A stretch of DNA of 64,000 bases from Botryllus schlosseri (GCA_051294905.1 CM119371.1:16122001-16186000); one strand, 5' to 3'; positions 24,887 through 39,800 are shown, counted from the stretch's first letter. Notes: generated by a model from the sequence alone, not told the origin. Numbers and translations are program-made.

Positions 24887-27800
24887 CTGTAGAGGTCGAT
24901 TGCGGCGGCAGAAAGTAAAATGCAGCGTATTAAGTGGCGAGCGATTGATCAAAAGCACAGTCGATCGGTAAATGATTGCTTATAATTCCAGCGTTACAGC
25001 ATCAAAAAGAAAATGTAAGCTAAGTATGCGATCAGGTTGACACGAAAGTGTCACAAACAGAATTGTGCAAACTACGAATCTAGTCAATCGATTGTCAACT
25101 AGCTACTGTTCTTGAGAAGTTCTAGTTCGAGTGACTGGTGTTGAAAAGCGAGTAGTTCGCGTCCTAGTTCGTCTAGATCTTATTCTAGTCGCGAGTTTTG
25201 AAAGTTAAGCATTTCTAGTTCTAATGCTAGTTTTAAGTTTTGAAAAGTGAGCACTCTGAGCAGTTTTAGATATACTTCCACTTGCGAATTTTGAAAAGTA
25301 AGTAGAGTAGCAAGTGGCGCAGCTGGTAACACACTGCAGTCACAACACTAATGAAAGTGATTGGAATCCCGGTTCCGACCAACTTCTGCGTGTCGGAGGT
25401 TCTCTAGGCTCTTCATCGCCGATCTCACTATTACGGTAGCGCATTGAAAAGCACAGACTAAGAGTGAGCCGTGCTACAAGTCGGCAGCAGAGACAGAGAT
25501 GGGGGCGCATGCTCGTGAGACCGACTGAAGATTGACTGGGATAAGAGAATGAAAGCCTTCCCCAAGATTACGAAAAGCAAAGAGCCTATGAACATTATAA
25601 CAATTCGTGTCGTGGCAGCACATAGCTTGAAAAGGTGATAAGCGCCACTGTGTTGTACCAATAATAATAATAATAGCGTGTGTATAGCTTTGTACTAAAT
25701 TTATCGTGTGCCACGATACGACAAGTCGAGATTTACCGCCTCTCACTGTTGGCAATATTATAATCGCTTTTGTAACAGAAAATGGAATCAGCAAGAGCAT
25801 ACAACGATTGCTCGCGCAGTGCGCAACAAAACTGCAGAATTCCATACCTTGGTCCATTTGGATTGCTTCATTTCCTTTTCAAAGTTTTCCCATTCCTTCT
25901 TATCACGCATCGTCTGGTAGACCTTCCACACCACAAGCAGGAGCAGGCCTATCAACACGATTCCGGCCACGATCGGCAGCACAATCAATATCGGATTGAG
26001 TGGCTCCCGGCAATCTGCATCAATGCACAAAGTTGGTCAAATTCGGATGGATTTCAGCATGAATATACTATTAAATTGTATATTGAAATCCTTTGCCTCC
26101 AAGAAGTTTAGAATTTGTAATGAAGAATATAGTCTTGGTGTAAAATTACTGTAGATGAATATTAAACGACGCTAGAAATGAATTTCCTGCATTCGCACAT
26201 TACCTGTTTCTTTATTGAATTCCTTGACCATGATCCCGAAGTCGTTCTGATCCTTGAACCACACCACCTCAAACACAACGTCGCATTGGCTCTGCGGTAG
26301 AGGCGTCTTGCAGTTTGTAGTCTCGGCGATGGTCCTGTTAATAAAAATAACATAGCTGTCGTCATGGGGGAGGTGGATATAGTATGTATGAGATATATAG
26401 TATGAATTCTATGTGGATACTTTGCTTTACAAAATCAAAATACGCCAACCAAGTCTGAGTCTACGGAAGGAGTTTGTGTACCATCCAAAATAGTACATTA
26501 GGCTTAAGCTCTCTCTTCGCCTCGATTATTCGAAAATTCATGCCTGTGACGTCATATTTGGTGATAAAATTGTTGATATACAATGTTCTTTCCGATTCTC
26601 TATTAGTTGCTCACGATAACACCTGGCGATTGTCAGCCGAAAATGTTTGGGTTCATTTCAATATGAATATACTATGCAATTGTATATTGAAGGTCTGTGA
26701 ATACAAGAAGCTCTTGACAAAATCTACATATGTAAATGTACCTAAGTGGTTAGTAACGTAGCACTTTTTAGGAGTACTAAGGCAGGATTTGCTTGCTTGC
26801 ACGACATATCACGCGGTATTGATTTCAGAGTCCTTCTATATCTGCTTGAATGGTTTCTTTATAGGCAGAACTACCTTCTTTTTGCAATTAGAATTTTGAA
26901 GAATAGAAAGGACCCTTGGGATAATAAGTCTTCGTCACTTTCAAGGCCGAAAATGTCATAAGAACCGCGTAACACAGCCATGACATCACAGTAACTGAAT
27001 ATGTATCCAACGAATATATCTAGTCATAGTGCCGTCAGTCATTTTGCGTTGAATGATTTCGTAATTTGCAGACATTAGTCTAACCATATTAACTGAGTCG
27101 TGCCAAAGGTTGACAGCAAAAGACTCAAGTTAAGGACGCACGAAAAACGAGAGTGACCGCTGGTGGGAGAGCGCGAGCAAGAAAGTCGTCCATATTATGA
27201 TAAAAAGACTATGTTCTTCTCTTGATTCCAATCTATTTTGAGCAGCGACATTCTTTACCGCGATAGTTGAAGCTTTGCAGACAAAATAAGTGTCATATCG
27301 ACCTTAGCGAGACATCAAACCGACTTGTTTGACACCGGTCCGAGCTCAATTTTCTTAATCAAGCCATATCGTAGTAACAACTTTGGCGTGCGTGACATTT
27401 CTCGGCTAGGATAGCGAATACAGTGGACTTGGAACAGTTGGAACCGACCAAAACAACCACAGAATATCGATCTTAGCGCGAATAATTATGTTGCAATAAA
27501 TTAAGCGAAGATTGCGTGCATCAAACGATTTCTCTGATGCGGTGGCGACCGAAATGTATGCCCTTCGCAAGCCATAATCTGAGAAACCCTGGCGTAACCG
27601 ATATCGTTGCCATCTTCAGATAAGCCAGGGGTGGGCAAACTTTTGAGCTCGCGGGCCGCATTCAACATCTGAATCCATTCGCGGGCCGCATTATATAAAA
27701 TTGGGATACTAAACCAAAACGCAATATTGCAGGTATTTGAAAATTTGATTATATAGTAAGGACATGGAGATAATATACATGCTTATTTAAAACAAATCAA

Positions 27801-30800
27801 ACATTGTTATGATGATATCATACACGCTCCAGAAACAGTGGCGAGATTTAATAGGCTATGGTCTACCTCAATAACCAATTTGTCAAAACTATAGAGATGA
27901 AAGTCTGTTGTCCCGATTCTTAGAACAGGATTGAAATTTAAATCTGTGAGCAGTGATCTGCTCATAGATTCACTAATTCCACTTTTGGTTCAGTTCCAGG
28001 ACACACAATACTGACAGCATCATAACCATGTTAGCTTCAAACACGCTTCTACTATATGTGTAGATAAAATATAAATACCCTAATTCTACGCATACAGAGA
28101 ACGAATCTATTTAAGACACGCGCAAACCGTTTTTTGAAGCACATCACTGAAATAATTAAAACTGGAGTGGCCAATCTGAAATCACACTCGTGATCCGAAT
28201 TACGTCAAGCTCGTTTAGGATTTCTGTGATGTTTAGTAGTTGAAACCTTCCAAAATGCGTGGGACTTGACATCGGGCCGTCGCGCCAGAAATTAAACATG
28301 AAAAATAATATAGGAAGTATTTCCCTTACAAAAGGGGTTTTCGAACTTTTTAAGACATGCCCCCCACTTATGATGGTGAAAGATTTCGCGCCCCCTTATC
28401 GTCATATCACAAAACGGAACCAGGATGCTATAGCAAACCTAACGGATAGTTTGGTGGCATGGGAGGTTACGCTATTGATGAGAGATTTTTTAATATGAAA
28501 TTCATACTAAATAGGCTACAGAATTGATATGAATTGGAAGTAAACCGCGCGGAGCGCGAAAAATATTTTCAGTTTAGCTCATCTTCGCGATCCACGTCAG
28601 ATGCTTTCACGACCCCAAGGGGCACGCGTTCCCCACGGTGAGAACCAATGCCGTAGAATTATCATGGTGAAATATACTTGAAAAAAGTTTAATCAGGTCC
28701 CAGCATTAATTCGATTTTTAGTATCCATTTTATCTTGTGGCGAGATAGTGCAGCGGTATAATCCGCGGCTGCAACACCAATGGGTGTGGGTTCGATTCCG
28801 ACCGAGGTCGACTTCATAATTCCGATACCTAGGAGTTGGAGGTTTACCTAGGCTCCTCCTCGACACCTCATCTGCGTCAGCGGTGTCTTACAAAGTCTAG
28901 AGGTGGGCCGTGCTATAAGTCGGCAGTTACCGATAATAATAAGGATATCGGCCTGGTGTAAATGACCATAGTAGTCGACAAACAACATGAATACCCCGAA
29001 AAACAACAAACAAACAATGCATTTTATCGATATTTTTAATAAGTTTCTTTGCCCACTTTGCCCACCCCTGAGATAAGCGCTTGGCTATATTCCTTGCTTG
29101 ATACGATGAATATGATAAAACTGAAAATGTTTCGCACGCCAGCTGGTTATATTTTGACATTAACATATTTTGGGAGACCCCTGACCAACGTGATATGGTT
29201 TACGGGTTCGGGTCTGACAAATTGCCACCCACGCTATTTGTAGCACCATGCAATCTCGACTCACATGTTTACAGTCTTGCATGCTTGTTTGCATTCTGTG
29301 TCTTTTTCCCCACAATTTGAGCAATCAGGTATCTTCGTCACGCTCATCTTCAGCACCCCGTCGCATTCCTCTTTGCATAATTGGTTTGCGTTCTGTAAAG
29401 GTGAGATGGAAATCTGTGCCGAGAGTCGTCACGAGCATTTGCAGACTCCCTGGATTCCAGGTTTTTCGAATAAGCTATTTCGAACCGAATCAGATCCTTT
29501 GCATATCGAATCGAATTGATTTTTTCAGTTCAGATCATCACCAATTTTTACCACATCAAAACACCACAATATTGCGACACGATGTAAAGATTTCGAAACG
29601 GCTGGGCGTGGAAAACCGTTTTGATAGCGACAAACGGAAATCAAAGAGTTGCTTTGTAATTGGATCTACCGTAGTTAGTTCTTGCTCTAGTTCTAATTGC
29701 GAGTTTGAAAAATTTAGTAGTTCTGGTTCTACTTCGACTTGCAAGTTTTGGAAATTAAGTAGTTCTATTCCTAGTTCTAGTTCTAGCTTCGAATTTGGAA
29801 AAGTGATTAGTCCTAGTTCTACTTCTAGTTGCGAATCTTGAACAGTGAGTGCTATAGTTGTAGTTATAGTTGCATGTCTTGAAAAGTGAGTAATTCTAGT
29901 TCTAGATGCGATCATTGAAAAGCGAATCGTTCTAGTTCTAGTTCTTGTTACGACTTTTGAATAGTGAGTGCTTCCAGTTCTAGTTCTAGTTGGGCGTTTT
30001 CAAAGTGACTAGTTCTAGCTACAGTTCCATAGTTCCGGGTTGGAACAGTGAGTTGTTCTAGTTCTAGTTGCGGATGTGGAAAAGTGAGCACTTCTAGTGA
30101 TAGTTCTATTAGCTAGTTTTGAAAAGTGAGTAGTTCTAGTTCTAGTTCCAGTTCCAGGTGCGAGTTTGAACAGTGAGTTGTTCTAGTTCTAGTTCCAGTT
30201 CCAGGTGCGAGTTTGAACAGTGAGTTGTTCTAGTTCTAGTTCCAGTTCCAGGTGCGAGTTTGAACAGTGAGTTGTTCTAGTTCTAGTTCCAGTTCCAGGT
30301 GCGAGTTTGAACAGTGAGTTGTTCTAGTTCCAGTTCCAGGTGCGAGTTTGAACAGTGAGTTGTTCTAGTTCTAGTTCCAGTTCCAGGTGCGAGTTTGAAC
30401 AGTGAGTTGTTCTAGTTCTAGTTCCAGTTCCAGGTGCGAGTTTGAACAGTGAGTTGTTCTAGTTCTAGTTCCAGTTCCAGGTGCGAGTTTGAACAGTGAG
30501 TTGTTCTAGTTCTAGTTCCAGTTCCAGGTGCGAGTTTGAACAGTGAGTTGTTCTAGTTCTAGTTCCAGTTCCAGGTGCGAGTTTGAACAGTGAGTTGTTC
30601 TAGTTCCAGTTCCAGGTGCGAGTTTGAACAGTGAGTTGTTCTAGTTCTAGTTCCAGTTCCAGGTGCGAGTTTGAACAGTGAGTTGTTCTAGTTCTAGTTC
30701 CAGTTCCAGGTGCGAGTTTGAACAGTGAGTTGTTCTAGTTCTAGTTCCAGTTCCAGGTGCGAGTTTGAACAGTGAGTTGTTCTAGTTCTAGTTCCAGTTC

Positions 30801-33800
30801 CAGGTGCGAGTTTGAACAGTGAGTTGTTCTAGTTCTAGTTGCAGATGTTGAAAAGTGAGCAGTTCAAGTGCTAGTTCTAGTGGTGAGTTTTCAAAAGTGA
30901 CTAGTTCCAGTTCTAGTTCTAGTTGCGAGTTTGGAAAAGTGTGAACTTCTAGTTCTAGTTCTGGTTGAGAGTTTCGAAAAGTGGATAGTACTAGTTGTAG
31001 TTCCAGTTGCTAATTTTGAAAAGTAAGTAGTTGCAGTTCTAGTTGAATTTGCGCATTTTGAAAATCCAGTAACTTGAATAAGTCTGACTACGATACTGAT
31101 CTTACCAAAGCAGCGTACATGCTAAAACCAAGCGACCACTAACCTTTCCCTTGCTTTGAGCTCGGTTGACACATATCGCACAACCCACAAACTTCGCCCC
31201 GTCTTCGACGCAGCCTGGTCGCTGACCTTTACATTTCGGATGGATGCACTGCTCACAATACGGACCGGCCCAGAGCTGAAAAGACAGTAATATCCATGTT
31301 ATAGGTATAGCCCCAAATCCAAACTTAATCAAAACATTAGGACACATTACACACTTAGCCATAGTTGGTTCGTAAGAATGTTGTGTAATCATGTCATAAG
31401 GTTCCGAGTCACAAAGCCATATTAATTTTAAGGTTTTGATTCGACTCAAGTCGATATGCGATTAGAACGCGCGAACATGTACATGCGTTTTAATGTGTGC
31501 TCATAACTTACGCTTGATCAATTAGAAAAGAAGATGTCGCATAACAATGAGGAACTGCTGAGGTTGGTGGCGATTTTCGATTGAATGAAACTTTTACGAC
31601 CGCAAGTGACGAAGTCAACAAAACTATACCCCTGCGTTTCGTTTGTATCTTATATTTTGCACCGTCGGCGAACTTATCATTTGATATTTTACAGCTTTAG
31701 CCTACTATGTAGCCCTACCGCTGTAGACGACCAATTGTCTGCTTATTGTAAATCATAAATGGTCAAATGATTCATGATTCATTGGCATGGTGTTATGGTC
31801 AACGTACCGCAATATCCTATCTGAAGCAAGACTGCTTGAGCATTGCATGGTTCTTATATCAAGAAGCGCATAATGAAAAATTGTGATGTAGACAATATTG
31901 TCAGAATGAAGCAACACGGTGTGTCACCAGCAGTGTACGCACAACGTCAGTGTTGCCAGCCAACAACTGCTGCTGGTAAATGTTCTTTCTCGATTCTTGG
32001 CAAGCTACTTAGTAATGACAGACACTTTCGACCCGAGAATGTAGGAAAGGATCTTCCGTTGTACTACAACAAATTTTAATTATTTCCACCATAATACGTG
32101 ATGTACCTACTGGAATTCTTCATAGGGACAGGTTTCGTTAAAATAGAGTTTTTTCAGGTAAAAATTTGTCAGTTTTCAAGTCAAAAACGTTTTTTCAGAC
32201 CAAACGACTTCGTTAGGACAGACACTTCCAACAAAAAAATGAAGATAAGTAGTACAGTTTTAACAGTAAGTATGAAAACACCTAATTCGCATACGCGAGG
32301 TCAAAATTTGGTCACAATTCAAGTATTTTAGGTCAAAAAATGTCAAAATTTTGATTTTTTGGTCAAAATCTTCCGTTTCTTAGGCAAAAAATCGCTCTAA
32401 TTATGCGTATTCCCAATCAGTTTCCCGTAGTCAATAGCACCCATGTTTATTCACATTACCCCCCCCAATCGCCCAATTTGTATCTAGCACACATGCGTAA
32501 TCCCAAACGCCAGTAGGGGGCGCTGGCGCCCACTTTGGGAATTACTGCATTAGACTAATCTACTTTAGCGGATGGTCAAGAACCAACTGGTCTGGTGCAC
32601 AAGACCGTGGCAGTTAAGCGCCGCCATAAACCCACATACAACAGGCAAACACTCACCTCTTTGTTGGTGCACTCGCAGTGGTCGCACGAGCACTCGCCGT
32701 GGCCGCTGCAGATAGAGTCGGTGGAGTTTGGCGCCATGCACAGCTCGTCGTTGCACATGCACATCAGCAGGGTCGGGTGCAGATCCCAGCCCTCGTCGCA
32801 CTGGCACTTCTGGTCGTTGTTGCAGTTATTGCACACACCGTGACCTAGCGACAAGTTTACGAAATTATGACGAAGTCGCTGCCCCGCTGTCGTGCCGGCA
32901 GGGTTGTGAAAGTAAACACGTTTCACTCTTTGCAAATGAGATCAGAGTTCGAATTATAGCCACACATTTTCAAAAGCTAGATTTCAAGTAAAAAGTATAC
33001 ATTGGGGATAAGTTTCCATCGCTCTATGAGTGAAATTGTCCCAAAAGCTGGGCGAAATTTCCCTGACGTGGTAATACGGTACCTGAATATATCTTCGAAT
33101 ATTGTACCTGTTTGTTTGTTTGTGGTATCCATGCTGTTTATAGACTACAATTAGGGTCGCATTCAAAACAAAAATCAATTTAAAACAAACATGTTTAAAA
33201 CAAGGCCTTAATTTAAAACACGTTTTTTATTGTTTTTTTTTGGTAGCCATGACGTCACGAATATTCAATTGTGACGTCATAGTGAAATGACATTGGTAAT
33301 TGAAAATATAGGGTAAAAGTCGCTCCTTTGACGAAACATATGTACTATTCCTCTTGAACCGACTATTTTGAGGGTTGCAACCATCCCGTATCGATATACG
33401 TCGGCTATATCGGGTGGTCATTGTCCGTAGGCTCATACAACATGTTTTTTGTAAAGTATTTACACAATTATGGCGTGATTTTACCATTTAGAAAAAACAA
33501 TACTGTTTTTTTAAAAGGGCCTTTTTTAAAACACTGTTTAAAACATGTTTTAAACAAAGTGTTTTAAAACACCGTTTGTTTTAAATGCAACCCTAACTAC
33601 AATGGTCATGGTCATTTTACAACAGGCCGATATTTCTTATTTTTTGATTCCGTAACTGCCGACTTGTATCACGGCCCCCTTTTACGCTTTTCAAGACACG
33701 CGGATGAGATGGCGAGGAGCCTAGATAAACCTCCAACACTTGGGTTAGAATTCTGGAATCGACCTCGGTCGGACTCGAAACCACAAGCCATTGGTGTTGT

Positions 33801-36800
33801 AGCTGTCGATTATACCACCACGCCATCTCGCCACTAAGATGGTACCTTTTGGTACCTGTAAGCAGTCCTATTCCGAGTGCTTTTGTTTAGGACCACTTCC
33901 ACTTCCACTTGAACAATGCTTTAGGCAAAACTAAATGGGGGTTTGGAAAGTTTTGTAACTTTTTTGATTATTCATGCCACTTTTTGCAACTTTTTTCGAA
34001 TTTTCATGTAAATTTTTGCAAGTTCTTTTTTCATTTTTAATGCAACCAACTTTTTTACTGGAAATATTCGGCACGATATGTAAATAGATCGCTTGATTAT
34101 TTCCTTGCCGTTTAAATATGAGGTCATTTCTGATTTGACGCACATTCGGGCTAGACCGCCAAAAATTATATTTTTACCGGGTCAATTTTTTTCAGGCTGT
34201 TGATTTTGTTGAAGTCGCTAAAAATGAGTTTTGCTACAGTGCCTTGGATATGGATTGATTCGAGTATCTTATGGCCTAATAATTTCAAGGAACTTCGCCG
34301 TAAATGCGACATTCAAGTGCAAATTTGTGAAAAGTAAATGCAACTTTTTACTGCAACTTTCGTGAAAAATAAATGCAGCTTTCCACGGATTTGAATGCAA
34401 CAAAAACTTGCCCTAGTCAATAATCATCTCGGAAAAGTCGCGGGGACACATCTTCCATTTTCTATTTCCACTTGAAGTAGTTCTGACACGCGCCTCGAAA
34501 ATCGCATTTGAGTAAAGCTCCTACTTTACTAGCACAGCCAAGACTTAGAAAGCCGTACAAGGCTATAGCTGCACCTTCCTTGTCTAGTGGCACATGCAGA
34601 AATCGTGTGTATGTATATCATGAGTCGGTGTTGATGATGCAAGAAAAACACCAAGAACAAAAATCAATTATGTCCTTCCCTTTCCTTTATGTATCTGACT
34701 ATCAACGGTGTCTACTTTAGTCATGATGGTCAAAAAGTGTGGCGCTTTCTACATTGGGTTGCGCTCCATAGATATCTAACCTCCGCAAATGAGTTGGTTT
34801 CCATCGGCATCGTCTACCTTCGGGCAACCCTCGTCGCTGCATTGACAGAACGTGCCCGAGTAAGGCTTGTTGCAGCGGCAAATCCCACACTCGCATTCGC
34901 CGTTGTTTCTGCAAACGAGGTAGGGTAACTCTGCGTTTATACCTATGGTCTCGGTGATGTAGGATTGGGATGAATTTTGGAGTAATGAATATGGGTTTTG
35001 GTATTTTAGGCGATTATCAAGTCATTTCCAACTCAACTCTGGCCTCGGAAACGAGGAATTGAGGTGAGCTTGGCTGTTATGATTGGGGGTAGTTTGGGCA
35101 TTATCAAGTGATGTTACAACATAGCTCTGTGATTGTAACCACAGGTAAAGTCCAAAGCCCCAAAATCTTACTCGCAGACGTCGTCCAGTGGCCCGTCCTT
35201 CTTACACTTGTCCACGAGCGACACGTCTTCCGACTCCCTCGTACACTGGCACTTGGCGCCCTCGTGCCGGTCGTCACACTGACAGATTCCACACACCAGA
35301 TCACCGCTGAACTCGCACGCGCTGTCGTTTGTCGAAGGCGAGGTGGAGCATTCGCAGCCGCACATGAACGCTGAAAAGCGGGGTAGAAATGATGGTTTTT
35401 TTTGTTATGAAACTATCTATATACTATTGAACATTTGAACATTTGGTTTCGTTGTTATTATTATCAGGAATGGACCAAAGTATAGTCAGAGTTACTACTC
35501 CAGTAAAACCAGAAGCGAAGCTCAATACTCAATTACAATACAAGTACAAGTAACCTCCGTGACACCTCAAAACTACTACTTTAATTTCAGGCATAAAAAT
35601 CAGGGTTATCAGGTTGTATCCAAGTCACAGGTTTACGAGTCACAAGCCAATCCCACTTTTATAGTTCTGACTCGAGTCAAGTCCGAATACAAGTCAGATG
35701 GTAGAGGGACCAGTCCGAGTCATAGTGTTTGGACTCGAGTCCGGGTCCAAGTCATTATGCTCGCTGTTCAGTTTTCAGTTCAATCCCGTTCTACCCACTC
35801 TTTTCAACTCTGCCCGAGTGATATAGAATGGCTCGCATTTATAATATGGTGATTTTGCTCAGTTTTACCAGTTTATGGCCACATTTCCAAGTATCGGGAC
35901 AGATAGACGGGTGACAGATGGACATGTGACTTTACTATTCTTCGAAGTCACAATGAAATGTCTGTCTTGGTCGTTCTAGTCTCGAGTCATATGACTTGGT
36001 TGGAGTCATGCACAATGACTCGAGTGCAAGTCGAGTCATCATAGAAATTGACTCGACTCGGGTCATTTTACGCATTTGAAAAAATGACTCGAGTCAAATC
36101 GAGTCATTACAACCCTGATAGAAATACTGATATCTGCCATAAATTCCAACAAACTCATTGCTACTTTATAAAATCAAAAATATAAACAGCAACTATTTTG
36201 GCATCGGAAGGGTCTGAACACCGGCATTTTATTACATAGAAGCAGGCGTTCCAAAACTTTTTATGGTCGAAACCCAAAATTAAATTCGAAAATGGTGCGC
36301 GACCCCATGACGTCTCAATTTGGCGTGTTGGTTACTAAAAAATGGTCAGCACCTTCGCCCAAACCTCCTCACGACATATGTGCGAAGCTGACGACTATAT
36401 GTGTGCAGTAATAGCATTAGTATTTACGGTGGAACTATATACACTGTATACACCGTAACTGTACACTATAATAAATAATTAAAGAATTGGTCACCGTAAA
36501 TACTATTTTATTCAAATACAAATTTTTCGACGGCAATAACTCCGCTTCCACTGGTTGGAATTGAACCAAATTTGGTGAGCATCGTTATGTATTTTTATAT
36601 AATAAATAGAAACTTTCTTCTCCTGTAGCAATGCGGCTACTGGTTGGAATTGAACCAAATTTGGTGTGTAGGCTTAAATTAGGTAACCTAACAATTTTAT
36701 CAAGTATTCAGTACGATTTGAGAAAAAAAGTCATTTTTGAAGAGCCCTACTGCCGGCCCTTGTAGTTTTCCTGGAAGGAAGAATTGTCGTCTTATTGATA

Positions 36801-39800
36801 TTTATTATGCTCCCAACACTCGTCCCTCATCGTGATGGTCACACCAAATTTAGGTTATAGTAGATGGCACTTTGAAATGACGCTGTGACTGATATGATAC
36901 CCAGCTAACTGGGTTCGCATTCCTTAGAGGTAGGGCTGGGCAAAATCGAGTACCTGAGTGATTCGATTCTGAATCACGTATTATGCTTCGAGTCGAGTAT
37001 TCGAGCATCACTCATTATGTGACGTCACAACAGAATGTACTATACGTCAAAGCTCAAATGTGTGCCTTTTACACCACCACAAAGAACGTAATGCCTGTTA
37101 TCCGTCACATTAAAGAGACTTTGGTATTTCATTGCACTTCTTGACAATATTGTGGGATGATCATGACTTCGGAAATGTGTTATTTCCAGTGACGTTCGTA
37201 GCTCTGTACTATGTCGCGTATGCTGCGACACTGCCAATCGAGGTTTCAAGGCTGCCACAGTGGAATATTAGTATCGAAACTATAATCCTCGTTGATAAAT
37301 TAACTTTCATATGCGAGAAGCGTATAATTTCAGTGCTCGAAAAATTCGCCTTTCACTGCTCGACTCGAATCATTAAAATTGATACTCGATTCAGATTCGA
37401 GTACTCGAATCATTGTGCTCAGCCCTACTTAGATGTCGTGTTTTCGTCTATTTTGAAAAATGAACTAAAATACGCAGAGATGAGCCGTCAATAGTATCTG
37501 CTTAATTGGCGTTCTCGTAATAGTCACTGGCATTTCATTTTCGTCCCGCAGATTGGGAACCTCTGATGCAGAGTAATTAGCAAAAACAGTGTTGAATATC
37601 CTAAAAGAACATAAATATAACGCAACGCCACAACGATAACTGAAGAGTGAATATATATTCGAAAATTGCACTAATTTGTGATATCATTAGTCAATTTGCG
37701 TTATACGCGAAGATGCACCATACAATTCAAGTTCCGCAAGTTCTATAGACTTGTAAAGGTGTGCCATGCTACGCATCGATCGAATCTGCTTATTGAAAAA
37801 AGTTACTTGTGTGCTTTTCAAATCTTCATTTTAAATTCCGCCTGAACTAGAGTCGAGATGTTTTAGGGATCGCCACTTCTACTTGTAATGGGATGGTTTC
37901 ACTTCTACGTCAACTGGAGTACCAACGATGACAACTTTGACTGACAAACAATTTCATTTTAGCTTCATCAAAAAATAACTTTGAACCGACCCAGGCGCCT
38001 TGGGAGCATACTATAAAGTACCAACGATTCGATTCTGATATACTTACAGAATGATATTTCAACCGATTCCTGCAGAGAACTTGAGGTGAACAACATCGGG
38101 GCTAGTTCGCCGCCTTGCGGGCAATCGTTGGCGGTGATGTCAAACTCGTAAATGGCCTGAACGAAAGAAAAGTGCGTTGGTTGTAACATGGCTTTGCGTG
38201 ATGGGAATACAAAGGTCGCACAAATGCCTGTACAAGCTATTTGTCTGTCAACTAAATACTGTTTTTGGGTAGTTTTAGCGCCTAGTTTTGAAAAAAGCGT
38301 AGTTTTATTATGTTGGTGTTGTATATGTTTGGACCATCTGGGATAGGATAGGACGTTATATGTTTTTGTACCTGATGTTTTGCGGCATCTACGCCGATTC
38401 ATGATGCACATACACACGATCTGTGAACAATGAACATGCATAACCATGGGCATATGCCGCTGGACAAGGAAGCTGCAGATATAGCCTTGTAAGGCTTTTT
38501 AAGTCTTGCATCATCCCTTCATGCTATCTCGGAAATGCTGAACGCCAAGCGGGAAAGCCACTGACTCCAGTTTTACTGATAAGGTCTATGGTATGACCCT
38601 GCCGACGATTGAACCGATGACCTACCGATCAAGAAGCCGAACGCTCCATCATTACGCTATCTTGTCGGCATTACGGTATCTTTCTGAGCGAAATTGTCAT
38701 ACCGACTGGGCAAAATAGTCCCATTACCACGGTAACTAAGTTTATCTTCAAAATTGCACCTAGTTGTAGTGCCATGGAGTCAGTAATTTCAAAACTAGTC
38801 ACCTTCGATTAACTGCAAAAAGTATGCGACCACTCGACGAAAATATACCTTTTCAGAATACTCAATTTTCTACTTTCTACTAATTTTCACACCTTAATTA
38901 TCTACCTCCGCATGAATTAAGGATCATTTTGCGCAATGGGTCGAAATTAGCATGGATATGGATTTAGTAGACGTTTTAGACACTTTAGGCACATCTACAA
39001 TCAGGATTGGTCACTCAGCATATGAAAGCACGCAAAGGAAAAGTCCACTAAAAAGGTGTCAGAAGTGGGATTCGAACCCACGCCTCCATTCGGAGACCAG
39101 AAGCCTCAGCCTGTAGCAGGCAAGAGCGTGAACTCTTGAGTCTGGCGCCTTAGACCACTCGGCCATCCTGACGACGGCTGCGACAGTTAATTATTGACGC
39201 CACAATCGATCACGACATAGCCGCAATACTGTCGTCCGAATGTAAGTGAAGTACATGTAGATATTTTAAAGGCATATGGGGTTTGCAGTAAGTGCATATT
39301 TTGCTAATATTATGATGCCGTCTTGTACTTTCGATTCAACAAATCTGACTGAATAGTAGCACTGGTGAGTAGAAACCAATGTAACTATCTCCAGCCGAAC
39401 GCAATTATCTCGTACTATGTTAGTAATATGACTCCAACAACAGTACTTATTAACATTACAAATACCATTTCCAGTGCGAATAAAGCAAATCCAGTGAAAT
39501 TAATGAAACAGACTCTGCTACAGCCGTTCCATTCGGCGAACGAACTGTTGATTCATACGATATATCACTGTTAAGGCTTCTCTACACGGCAAGTCGCCGG
39601 ACCAAACCGAACCGGATTTCTTTAGTTTGTTTTATTATGTCTATGGTTCATTGAACATCGATTTGGTTTCTCTCCTAATTCACGGACCGGTTAGGAAGCT
39701 ATCGCTCAGCTAGCGATCTCGTCGGTCTGCGGACCGTAGTCTCGTCGGGAAATTATAGTTCCTGTGGAGTGGAGTGGAGACGGATATCGTATGGTATAGT

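Noticed and set aside
29556..29915. ORF with LELEL repeats (and Ser-rich ORF 29248-29841)
   Set aside because: Translation of the minisatellite; the plus-strand ORF is also antisense to an integrin exon
30135..30840. CRISPR-like regular repeat array
   Set aside because: Units are contiguous with no unique spacers, there are no cas genes, and the context is a eukaryotic intron
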